Positions 49,224 through 58,442 of a DNA stretch of 64,000 nucleotides are shown here, piece after piece. Each line of letters starts with the position of its first letter. Within the stretch, counting starts at the first letter, position 1. The DNA lies in the NCBI GenBank assembly GCA_963783725.1, contig CAWAOJ010000002.1, positions 2,045,279-2,109,278 on the forward strand. Direction: 5' to 3'. The translations under genes were made by a program, and so were the position numbers. Under the pieces are notes generated by a model. It was not told the DNA's origin and made no database searches. It worked only from the letters and a program-made list of their open reading frames with translations. Source of the DNA: an uncultured Chloroflexia bacterium. Its GTDB lineage: Bacteria; Chloroflexota; Limnocylindria; QHBO01.

Positions 49224-50528
49224 ATGAACATCACCGTCATCGGCGCCGGCTACGTCGGCCTCGTCACCGGCGTGAGCCTCGCGCGGACCGGTGATCACCA
49301 GGTCACCTTCGTCGAGAAGGACCCCTCTCGCGTCGCCGAGCTGCGCGCCGGCAAGATGCCGATCGAGGAGCCGGGCCTGGTGGAGGCGTTCGCGGAGAAC
49401 GGCGATCGCATCAACGTCGTGGACTCGCTGGAGGGCGCCGAGCGGCCGGACCTCGTCTTCGTCGCGGTCGCGACGCCGGTGGACGAGAACGGCGACCCGA
49501 ACCTGGCCCAGATCCATTCGGTGCTGGCCGACCTGCGGCCGTACCCGGAGGTGGACGTGAGCGTGCGCAGCACGCTACCCCCGGGCTTCTCGTCGCGCCT
49601 GGCGACGCTGCTCGGGCGTGCCGACAACGCGCGCATCTCCACCAACCCCGAGTTCCTGCGCCAGGGATCGGCGCTGCACGACTTCGCGCACCCGTCGCGC
49701 ATCGTGGTCGGCCGCTTCCCTGACACCTCGCAGGAGCATCTCGACAAGGTCGCCGCCGCGTACGGGCCCATCGAGGCGCCGCGCATGGTCGTCGACGTCG
49801 CCGCCGCCGAGCTGATCAAGAATGTCGCGAACGGCTTCCTGGCGCTCAAGCTCTCCTTCGTCAACGAGGTCGCCGCGCTCAGCGAGGAGTACGGCGTGCA
49901 GGTCGAGGAGGTGCTCGACGGCATCGCGCTCGATCCCCGCATCGGTTCGTCGTACATGCGCCCCGGGCTGGGCTTCGGCGGCTCGTGCCTGCCCAAGGAG
50001 CTGCAGGTGCTGTCCGCCGCGGGGCGCCGCCAGGGGCTCGCCATGCACATCGCCCGCGCCGCCGCACAGGTCAACGTCGAGCAGCAGGACCGATTCGCGC
50101 GCCGCGTCCTGAAGGAGGTTCCTGCCGGCGGCCGGGTCGGCATGCTGGGCCTGAGCTTCAAGGCCAACACCGACGACCTGCGCGGATCGCCCGCCATCCA
50201 CGTGGCGCGGCGCCTGATCGAGGCCGGCGTCGAGGTGGTGGCCTACGACCCCGCGGTGCGTGCCGAGCGCGCGCGAGCGGGCGCGCCGGGCATCGAGATC
50301 GCGGACGAGGAGCTCGACGTCTTCACCGATGCGGACGCCGTCGTGATCGCCACCGAGTGGCCGCAGTTCGGCCGCCTCGACCTTGCCGCAGCGGGGTCGC
50401 GCATGCGCGCGCGGCGGCTGTTCGACGGCCGCGGGATGGTCGATCCGCAGTCCGCCCTCGCCGCCGGCTTTGCCTATCGCGGCGTCGGCCGCCGCTCGCT
50501 CGATCCGGAGACCCAGGCCGTCTCGTAG
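49224..50528 (+). CDS. ugd: UDP-glucose 6-dehydrogenase family (nucleotide-sugar dehydrogenase).
   Basis: MNITVIGAGYVGLVTG Rossmann N-terminus and a GFGGSCLPKE catalytic-Cys block. Confidence 0.8.
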   Translation: MNITVIGAGYVGLVTGVSLARTGDHQVTFVEKDPSRVAELRAGKMPIEEPGLVEAFAENGDRINVVDSLEGAERPDLVFVAVATPVDENGDPNLAQIHSVLADLRPYPEVDVSVRSTLPPGFSSRLATLLGRADNARISTNPEFLRQGSALHDFAHPSRIVVGRFPDTSQEHLDKVAAAYGPIEAPRMVVDVAAAELIKNVANGFLALKLSFVNEVAALSEEYGVQVEEVLDGIALDPRIGSSYMRPGLGFGGSCLPKELQVLSAAGRRQGLAMHIARAAAQVNVEQQDRFARRVLKEVPAGGRVGMLGLSFKANTDDLRGSPAIHVARRLIEAGVEVVAYDPAVRAERARAGAPGIEIADEELDVFTDADAVVIATEWPQFGRLDLAAAGSRMRARRLFDGRGMVDPQSALAAGFAYRGVGRRSLDPETQAVS

Positions 50529-50529
50529 G

Positions 50530-51992
50530 TCAGGCTCGGCGCCGGCGACGGAATGACTTCGGAGACCGTGGTCGAGATCCGTTGTTCGCACGATTCGAAG
50601 CGCGATCACGCTGACGGGATAGGCGAGAACGCAGCCGAGTCGCCAAGCAAGCGTGTCTGGCCCGAGCAGCGCCGCCCCTGCCAATACCCCGCCGATGCCC
50701 AGCGTTGCCATCACGCGCGGGTAATCCCAGGCTACGGGGTAGTAGCGCTGTGAGATCCATCCCGAGGCTGACGACGAGCTGGGCATAGCTGAACAGCGAC
50801 GCGTACGCCGCACCCATGTAGCCAAACCGTGGTACCAGCGTCAGGTTGAGCAGAACGTTCCCGATCGCCGCCGCCCCCATGGTGAAAGGGAGCCAGCGCG
50901 TTTGCGACTGCAGGTTGATTCCGGTCGTGACGATCGTATACGAGCCGTAGAGCACGGAGGAGAAGGCGCTGAATGGCACGACGAATCGCGCTGCTTCGAA
51001 CTGGTGCCCGAGAAGGATTCTTATCGCGTCGGTCCCGATGGAGGACAGCCCCACGGCTGCTCCGACTGCCGCGACGATGTAGACGGTGAGAACTCTGCTG
51101 AAGACTCGCGGCGCGTCGGCTGACCGCGAAATCTCCCAGTAGGCGGCGCCCCAGGCGAGCGCAAACGGTGCCACCGCGATCGCGGTGACGATCAGGCCCG
51201 CGGTATACCCCGACGAATAGATTCCGGCAGCACTGAAGCCATCAACGGCCTTCACCACATAGCGGTCCGAAAGGTTTAGACCCCACGAGGCGATGGAGGC
51301 GGGAACAAGGGGCAGGCTGAAGAGCAGCATGTAGCGCATCAGGCGCGGATCCCAGGCGAGTCGCAGCCGTGTGGTCTTGATCAGCGCCAGCACCCCGATG
51401 CGTCGTCGCGACGAGCGCCGAGATCGTGGAGCCCAACACCACGCCGAGCGGTCCAAGGTGCATAACGACGACGAAAACGATGATCAGCACGCTGCCGAGG
51501 ATCGACGCGGGTGAAGCTGATCGCGACGTATGGGCCGGGGCGTCGCTGCGCACGCAGATACGACAGTGGGACCGTGTTCACCGAATCGAAGAAGACGATG
51601 GGGCCGATCAAGAGAATCAGGGGCAGTTCGCCGGAGTCGCCGCCGAAAACGAGGAGCGTGAGAGGAACTGCGACGAGGCTGAACAGACCCAAGAAGATGA
51701 TCGACGCGGTGAGCCTGAGGGCAGCCGTGACGGCGAGGACGTGGGCCTTCTCTTGCTCGGTCGTCGCTTCCTTGAGATAGGAGCGGAAGAACGCCCATGG
51801 CAGCGCGAGGACACCGATCATCGATGCGAGAGACAGCGTCGCGTTTATGACGGCGACCACGCCGTAACCGCTGGTAGCGAGCTGGCGCGCGTAGATTGGC
51901 ACCAAGATGATGTTCAGGGCCTGATTGGCGACCCCGCCGATGCCGTAGACAACAGACTCGCGAAGAAGACCGGGCAGCAGCCGGCGTGTCAT
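50530..51992 (-). pseudogene. Wzx-type (PST family) polysaccharide flippase, broken into three frames.
   Basis: The N-terminal part is 51992-~51480 (LRESVVYGIGGVANQALNIIL...), the middle part is in the frame of ORF 50530-51456 and the C-terminal part in the frame of ORF 49575-50825. This gives at least two frameshifts (~51400-51480 and ~50790-50830). Confidence 0.5.
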
Positions 51993-53214
51993 CGGCGGGG
52001 CCGGACAGTGGAGTCGAGCCAGGCCACGATTTCCTCGAGCTCAGCGTCGAGCCGCTGCGGCGAATGGAACTGCTCGATGTAGCGACGCGCTCTTGCGCCG
52101 CGTCCGTGCCGAACTGCTGGATGATCCGCGAAACGGGCGATCGCCGATGGTGATCGCCGCGGCGTCATCGACGTCAACCGCCACCCCGCGCCCGTCGTCG
52201 AGCATCTCGCGGTGAACGCGCGGTTCGGTGGTCGCGATCACCGGAAGCCCGCTGGCCATCGCCTCGAGCACGGCATACGGAGTGTTCGCGCCCTGCCTAC
52301 CCGCGTAGACGAAGAGGTCGGACGCACGCAGCAGGAGTGCCACGGCATCGGGATCAAGCTCACCTAGGAACCGCGCCTCTAGGCCCGAGCTCGGACGGCG
52401 TTCCAGCGAGCGCGGAGCGGTCCGTCGCCGCCGAACGCGAGCAGAACGGTCGCGTGGCAGGTGCCAGCGCGGCGACCGCGATCGATCAGCATCCAGCCCC
52501 TTCTCGGGTGCCAGGCGGCTGACGCTGCTGACAATGATGCGGTCCCGCGGAAGCGCAGAGCGGAGCGCGCAATCCGCTTGACTTCACCAGCGATCGCCGG
52601 CCGGAAGCGCTGAAGGTCGACCGGGAAGTGGTACCGACGCATGCGCAGATGCGCAGGGATGCCCGCAGCCACATACGCCGCCGCGCTCTCGTCGCCCGCG
52701 AGCAGCACACCGTCGGCCAGACGCACGCAGGCCAGTGGAGAAGGCGGGCGGACGCCCACAGCAGGGGCTTCGTCGGCCGGTCCCGGAGCCGGCGCATCAC
52801 CACGCGTTCGCGCCAGTAGTAATGGCTGCGAACCGCTGTTGCGTTGCCGTGCTCCATGACCATCACGGGCGTCTGCGTCAGGCGGCCCGCCAGCGCCGCT
52901 GCCGCCCCGGTCGCGACCGAGTCTTGCGGCAGCAGGAACGATGCGCTCCTGCGTGGCGCGGGCGCAGGCCCAGCACATGCGCCCCGCGTAGATCCAGATG
53001 GCCGGGAAGCGCATCGGCCCGCCGAACCGGCCGCCGACCGAGATCACTGCCGGGTCGAGCCGCGACCGAGTCGGGGCCGTGGCTGATACCCGCACCCGCT
53101 GCCGTGGTGCTCGAGCCTGGGCCAGATGCTCGAGCATGACCGTCAGCGTGCCTCCCCGTGCAAGCGCGGTCACCGCAAAGACGAATCGCTGCGGCTGCCT
53201 CGTCTGCACGCCGG
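51989..53214 (-). pseudogene. GT4-family glycosyltransferase, disrupted by at least three frameshifts.
   Basis: GT4 fragments lie in different frames: N-terminus (VQTRQPQRFVFAVTALARGGT...), middle (VRLADGVLLAGDES...) and C-terminus (YAVLEAMASGLPVIAT...; ...RRYIEQFHSPQRL...). Confidence 0.5.
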
Positions 53215-53318
53215 TGACTATACCGAAGGCCGCCCGGGTCGCTGATATACTTCGCCCTCCCGCCCGGCTGGCTCCTGCCATGCTGCGCGCCGCTCGAGAG
53301 GCATGATCCGCAACGCCC

Positions 53319-54491
53319 ATGACTGATCCGACGGCCCGCCCTCGGGTCACCATGCTCGTCCGCAACGCCTTCACCCACGACACGCGCGTCGAGCGCGAGG
53401 CGCGCTCTCTCGCCGCGGCCGGCCATCGGGTGACGATCGTCGCCGAGGCGAGGCCGGGGCTCCCGCTGCGCGAGGAGAAGGCGAGTGCCAGCGTGATTCG
53501 CGTTCCGCGACCGCTCGCGCGCGTGCCGGCGCTGCGCTTCCTGGCGTACGTGTGGCGGCTCCAATCGGTCGTCGAGAAGACCCGGCCCGACGTCCTGCAT
53601 GCCCATGACACCGATGCGCTGCAGTCGATGGGGCCTGCCGCCCGGCGCCTGGGCGTTCCCTTCGTCTACGACGCGCACGAGCTGTGGCTTGGCCGGGCCG
53701 CGCGCGGGCATTCGGGCGTCTACGACCGGCTGGCGCGTGCCTACTACGGGCTGGTCGAGCGACGCCACGTCCCGCGTGCCGCGGCGGTGATCGTGGCGAA
53801 TCCCGGCGTCGGGCCCGAACTAGAGCGCCGTTACGGCATACGCGGCGTGCGCGCGGTGCCGAACTACCCCGTCGAGACCGGGCCGGTCGAGCGCCGCGAG
53901 CTGCGCTCCCTGCCGGGGGGCGACCGCATCCCGCACGACGCGCCGATCGTGCTGTACAGCGGCGGGATCACCATCGATCGCGGCATCGAGCAGCTCGTGC
54001 AGGCCATGACCGAGGTCCCCGACGCGCACCTCGTCTTCATGGGTGGCGGCGGACTGGAGCCGGAGATCCGCCGCCTGGTGTCGCAGCTCGGCCTCGACGA
54101 TCGGGTCCACTTCCTGGGCATGGTGCCCAGCGACGAGGTGGTGGCCTACACCGCATCGGCCACCGTCGGCGTGCTCAGCACCGTGCCGGTCAGCCTCAAC
54201 AACGTGCTGGCGCTGCCGAACAAGATCTTCCAGTACATGGCGGCGGGCATCCCGCTCGTCGCCAGCGACTACCCGCAGATTCGCGAGGTCGTGGAGGGCT
54301 CGGGCGCCGGGCGGGTGATGGACTCCTCGGACCCCTCGGCCATCGCGGCGGCCCTGCGCGCGGTGCTCGCCGACCCCGATGCGGCACGCGCCGCGGGGGA
54401 GCGGGGCCGCGCCGCGGTCGTCAGCACCTACCATTGGGCGGTATCCGAGCGGACGCTGCTCGAGGTCTATCGGCAGGTGGAGGGCGCATGA
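53319..54491 (+). CDS. GT4-family glycosyltransferase, intact.
   Basis: PRVTMLVRNAFTHDTR N-terminus, AHD..A motif and a C-terminal NKIFQYMAAGIPLVASD block. Confidence 0.8.
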   Translation: MTDPTARPRVTMLVRNAFTHDTRVEREARSLAAAGHRVTIVAEARPGLPLREEKASASVIRVPRPLARVPALRFLAYVWRLQSVVEKTRPDVLHAHDTDALQSMGPAARRLGVPFVYDAHELWLGRAARGHSGVYDRLARAYYGLVERRHVPRAAAVIVANPGVGPELERRYGIRGVRAVPNYPVETGPVERRELRSLPGGDRIPHDAPIVLYSGGITIDRGIEQLVQAMTEVPDAHLVFMGGGGLEPEIRRLVSQLGLDDRVHFLGMVPSDEVVAYTASATVGVLSTVPVSLNNVLALPNKIFQYMAAGIPLVASDYPQIREVVEGSGAGRVMDSSDPSAIAAALRAVLADPDAARAAGERGRAAVVSTYHWAVSERTLLEVYRQVEGA

Positions 54492-55803
54492 CGGAGCTGG
54501 CGGATCCGCGCATCGCGGTCATCGGGCTGGGCTACGTCGGCTTGCCGTTGGCGCTCGACCTCGCGGACGCGGGCTACGACGTGCTGGGCATCGAGGCATC
54601 GCCGGAGCGGCTGGCCCAGCTGCGCGCAGCCGACAGCTACGTTGACGACGTCCCGTCTTCGCGGCTGCAGGCGGCGTACGACGCGGGTCGCTTCCGGGTC
54701 GGCGACACCGACACCCCATGGACCGATGCGGACGTCGCCTTCATCTGCGTCCCCACGCCGGTGACGGCGAGCCGCGAGCCGGACCTGCGTCCGGTGCTGG
54801 CGGCGGGCGAGTACGTCCGCGCCGGGCTGCGTCGCGGCGACATGGTGGTGCTGCAGAGCACGACCTACCCGGGCACGACCGTCGGGCCGCTGCGAGATGT
54901 CCTCGAGCGGGACGGGCTGCGGGCCGGGACCGATTTCGGCCTCGCCTTCTCGCCGGAGCGCGTCGAGTCCGGGCGAGGGCCGCCCTTCGTCCAGCATCCC
55001 GCGCCTGGTGGGCGGCACCGATGCGGCGACCACGGCGCGGGCGTCGGCGATCCTGGGCAAGGTGGCCCCATCGGTCACGGAGATGTCCAGCCCCGACGCC
55101 GCGGAGCTGGCCAAGCTGTTCGAGAACGTCTTCCGCAACGTCAACATCGCGCTGGTCAACGAGCTCGCGCTGATCTGCGAGCGCCTTGGCCTGGACGTGT
55201 GGGAGGTGATCCGCGGCGCGTCGACCAAGCCGTTCGGCTTCATGCCCTTCTACCCCGGGCCGGGCGTGGGCGGCCACTGCATCCCGGTCGACCCGTACTA
55301 CCTCGCCGCGCGCGCCCGCGAGGTCGGCGTGCAGGAGCGCTTCATCGAGACCGCTGGCGACATCAACTCGCGCATGCCGGAGCACGTCGTGCGGCTGGTG
55401 CAGGAAGGGTTGAACGAGCGATCGAAGCCGCTGCGCGGCTCATCGGTCCTGGTGCTCGGGGTGGCGTTCAAGCCGGGCGTCTCGGACGCCAGGAACTCGC
55501 CGGCGGCCGGCGTCATCGCCGGGCTGCAGCAGCGCGGAGGGATCGTCAGCTACCACGACCCGCGCCTGCCGCACTTCGACCCGCGGCACGAGACGGGAGA
55601 TGGGCGAGCCGCTCGACAGCACGCCGCTCGCGGAAGCGCTCGACGCCGATCCCGACTGCGTGGTGATCGTCACGCCGCACGCCGAGATCGACTTCGACGC
55701 GGTCTTCGCGCGCTGCGACCTGGTGATGGACACGCGCGACGTCTCCCACGATCGCTCGGTTCGCCCGGGACAGGTGCTCAAGCTCGGCGCGGGCTGGAGC
55801 TAG
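54488..55803 (+). pseudogene. UDP-N-acetyl-D-hexosamine 6-dehydrogenase family (WbpA/WecC-like), with two frameshifts (~54990 and ~55600).
   Basis: The N-terminus (MTELADPRIAVIGLGYVGLPLA) is in frame 2, the middle (..NELALICERLG...GGHCIPVDPYYL...) in the frame of ORF 54897-56594 and the C-terminus in the frame of ORF 55600-55803. The feature length is not a multiple of 3. Confidence 0.55.
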
Positions 55804-56909
55804 CGCACCCGCTCCAGGACCGCGACGATCCGTTCGGCCGCGTGGCCGTCCCACAGCGGCGGCGTGCGAGCGGCGCCCGGATCCTCGCGAAGGCGCGCTC
55901 CAGCTGCCGGACCGATGCGGCCCGGATCGGTCCCGATCAGGCGGTTGGTGCCCTCGGTGATCGTGATCGGTCGCTCGGTGTTGTCGCGGAAGGTGAGGCA
56001 CGGCACGCCGAGCACCGTGGTCTCCTCCTGGATGCCGCCCGAATCGGTCAGCACCAGCCGGGCATGGGCCTCGAGGCGCAGGAAGTCGAGGTAGCCCGAC
56101 GGCGGGATCGCGCTGATCAGCGGGGCGTCGAGCGCGAGGCCGGCCGCGTCGGCCACCGCGCGCGTGCGCGGATGGATCGGGAAGACGACCGGCAGCGGGG
56201 CGCCGCGCGAGCGCGCCTCAGGATCGGCCGCAGCTGCTGCGGGTCGTCCACGTTGGCGGGCCGGTGCAGCGTCACGAGCAGGTACTCGCCCGGCGGCGAG
56301 CCCGAGCTTCGCCAGCGGGCCGCGGTCGGGCGCCTCGCCGCGGTGGCGCTCCAGCGTGTCGATCATGGTGTTGCCGACCAAATGGATCTGCGTCCGGCGC
56401 GTGGCCCTCGTCGCCGAAGGTTCCCGTCGGCGTCGGCCGAGGTGGTGAAGAGGATGTCGCTGAGCGCGTCGGTCACGATGCGGTTGATCTCCTCGGGCAT
56501 CGTCCGGTCGAACGAGCGCAGCCCGGCCTCCACGTGCGCCAGGCGGCACGCCGCGCCTTGGCGGCGACCACGCTGCAGGCGAGGGTCGAGTTGACGTCGC
56601 CGAACGACCATCACCAGGTCGGTCGCGTCGCCTCGAAGCAGCTGCTCGAAGCTCGACCATCACGCGGCCGGTCTGCTCGGCGTGCGAGCCGGAGCCGACG
56701 CCCAGGTGGACGTCCGGATCGGGCGATGTCCAGGTCCCGCGAAGAAGGCCCCGCTCATCGCGGCGGTCGTAGTGCTGGCCGGTGTGCACGAAGCTGGTCG
56801 CGAACCGGTCCCGGCCGTCGCAGGGCAGCGCAGCACCGGCGCCGCCTTCATGAAGTTGGGCCGCGCGCCGGCGACGAGCGATGATCCGCAGCGTCAGCTG
56901 CCCCGCCAC
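55800..56909 (-). pseudogene. Second UDP-GlcNAc 2-epimerase (WecB-like) copy, with at least three frameshifts.
   Basis: An intact C-terminal half (IHLVGNTMIDTL...LTDSGGIQEET...) and N-terminal blocks ([28 protein letters not shown]) that lie in two other frames. Confidence 0.55.
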
Positions 56910-56910
56910 G

Positions 56911-57444
56911 TCAGCGCCACGTTCCCGGCTCGACGTCCCTCGGTCCGCTTCCGCTCCTCATCGCGTCGTCGATGATCCGCCACGCCTCGTCCACGCCCAC
57001 CCAGCCCTTGATATCGGTCTCGCGCTTCTCGAGGGTCTTGTAGGTCTGGAAGAAGTTCTCGATCTCCACCAGCCGATGCGGCGAGACGTCCTCGAGCGCG
57101 TTCGCCCCCTCCCAGCGCGGGTCGTCGTGCGCCACGGCGAGGATCTTGTAGTCGTGGCCCTTCTCGTCGGCCATGTCGAGCGCGCCGATCGGCCGCGCGC
57201 GCACCACGCAGCCCGGAAAGGTCGGCTCGCTGATCACCACCAGCACGTCGAGCGGGTCGCCGTCCTCGGCCAGGCTGCCGTCGATGAAGCCGTAGTCGCA
57301 CGGGTAGTGGACGCTGCTGTACAGCACGCGGTCGAGCACGAACCGATGCTTCACGTGGTCGTACTCGTACTTGTTGCGGCTGCCGGCGGGGATCTCGACG
57401 GTGACCTCCAGCATCCCGCGGCCCGGTCGCGCCTCGTCGTTCAC
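56911..57444 (-). CDS. ppa: Family I inorganic pyrophosphatase.
   Basis: EIP.GS.NKYEYD and DGDPLDVLV motifs. An alternative start is the Met at 57414. Confidence 0.85.
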   Translation of the reverse strand: MNDEARPGRGMLEVTVEIPAGSRNKYEYDHVKHRFVLDRVLYSSVHYPCDYGFIDGSLAEDGDPLDVLVVISEPTFPGCVVRARPIGALDMADEKGHDYKILAVAHDDPRWEGANALEDVSPHRLVEIENFFQTYKTLEKRETDIKGWVGVDEAWRIIDDAMRSGSGPRDVEPGTWR

Positions 57445-57485
57445 GCGCTCAGTATGCGACGGGGGAGCGTGCCGGGGCCCGGATA

Positions 57486-57693
57486 TCGGCCCTGGCGATA
57501 ATTCCGCGTCAGAACCGGCCGCCAGCCCCCAATTGACGCGGTTTCATCGGCCCTGGCGATAATTCCGCGTCAGAACCGGCCGCCAGCCCCCAATTGACGC
57601 GGTTTCATCGGCCCTGGCGATAATTCCGCGTCAGAACCGGCCGTCCTGCCCCCAATTGACGCGGTTTCATCGGCCCTGGCGATAATTCCGCGC
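57486..57693. repeat. Tandem direct repeat: 61-bp unit x3.4 (three full units plus a ~25-nt partial). Each unit carries TTGACG-N19-GATAAT and an 8-bp inverted repeat TGACGCGG/CCGCGTCA.
   Basis: Seen directly in the sequence. Units begin at 57486, 57547 and 57608 with a partial at 57669. The third unit has a 3-nt variant. Confidence 0.8.
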
Positions 57694-57739
57694 CAGAGCT
57701 GGCCCGCAGACGCCGCGACCGCCGTACCGGTCGCCTGAT

Positions 57740-57856
57740 GACCCCTTAAGTCCGAAGTGGCGCGCGATTCTCTGCGTACGGGGTCGAAAACGGTCCGGTA
57801 TGAGCACCGATGCGGCCACTCCCGACCATAAGGTCCCGAGTCGGACCCCTTAGCGC
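57740..57856. repeat. Copy 1 of a ~120-nt intergenic repeat element, starting GACCCCTTAAGT and ending GACCCCTTAGCG.
   Basis: About 80% identical to copy 2 at 58319-58442. Contains the core CGTACGGGGTCGAA and internal palindromic arms GACCCC...GGGGTC. Confidence 0.6.
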
Positions 57857-58272
57857 GTGTCCGAGTCACCGAGGACCGAGCCCCGAGCGCCCCCGCGCCA
57901 GAGCGCACCGGCGACCGCGATCGCGGCAATCCCGGCGCAGCCCAGCCCCACGATAAGCGCCGGCAGCAGCGACGGGTTGTACGTGCCAGCCCCCGCGTAG
58001 TGGATGCCGCCCAGGCTCGAGCAGACGGTGCTCGAGACGCCGCCCACGATCCCCGTCGCGGTGCAGCCGAACGGTGCGACCGCCAGGTAGCCGATGTCGA
58101 ACGCCACGACGGCCGCGAGTGCGGGCCACAGGATCAGCCGCCGCCGGCGGAACGGGGATACGACCAGCATGGCGGCACCCAGCAGAAGGAACGGTTGACC
58201 GATGGTGAAGCCAGCCACGAAGCCGAATACCAGCAGCGCGACCGCCACGATCCAGTAGCCCATCACCCGCAT
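57850..58272 (-). CDS. Small hydrophobic membrane protein (~140 aa, 4 predicted TM), function unknown.
   Basis: Only the distal 140 codons of track ORF 57850-58692 look protein-like (MRVMGYWIVAVALLVFGFVAGF...). The upstream part is low complexity. Confidence 0.45.
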   Translation of the reverse strand: MRVMGYWIVAVALLVFGFVAGFTIGQPFLLLGAAMLVVSPFRRRRLILWPALAAVVAFDIGYLAVAPFGCTATGIVGGVSSTVCSSLGGIHYAGAGTYNPSLLPALIVGLGCAGIAAIAVAGALWRGGARGSVLGDSDTR

Positions 58273-58318
58273 TGTCGGCCAGGAATCAAGTCCGGCCTGG
58301 CGGTACCGGGCCCCTGGC

Positions 58319-58442
58319 GACCCCTTAAGTGGCGCGACAGCGCGATTCCCTGCGTACGGGGTCGAGATCGGACCGGTATGTCGGCCGACACGGGCCGATG
58401 CGGCCACTCCCGAGTTAAGGTCCCGAATCCGACCCCTTAGCG
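58319..58442. repeat. Copy 2 of the ~120-nt intergenic repeat element.
   Basis: Aligns with 57740-57856 along its length with two short indels. Its end overlaps the stop codon of the GH15 gene. Confidence 0.6.

Noticed and set aside
57486-57693. Possible CRISPR array.
   Set aside because: The repeats are contiguous 61-bp units with no intervening unique spacers, and no cas genes are nearby. This is a tandem repeat, not CRISPR.
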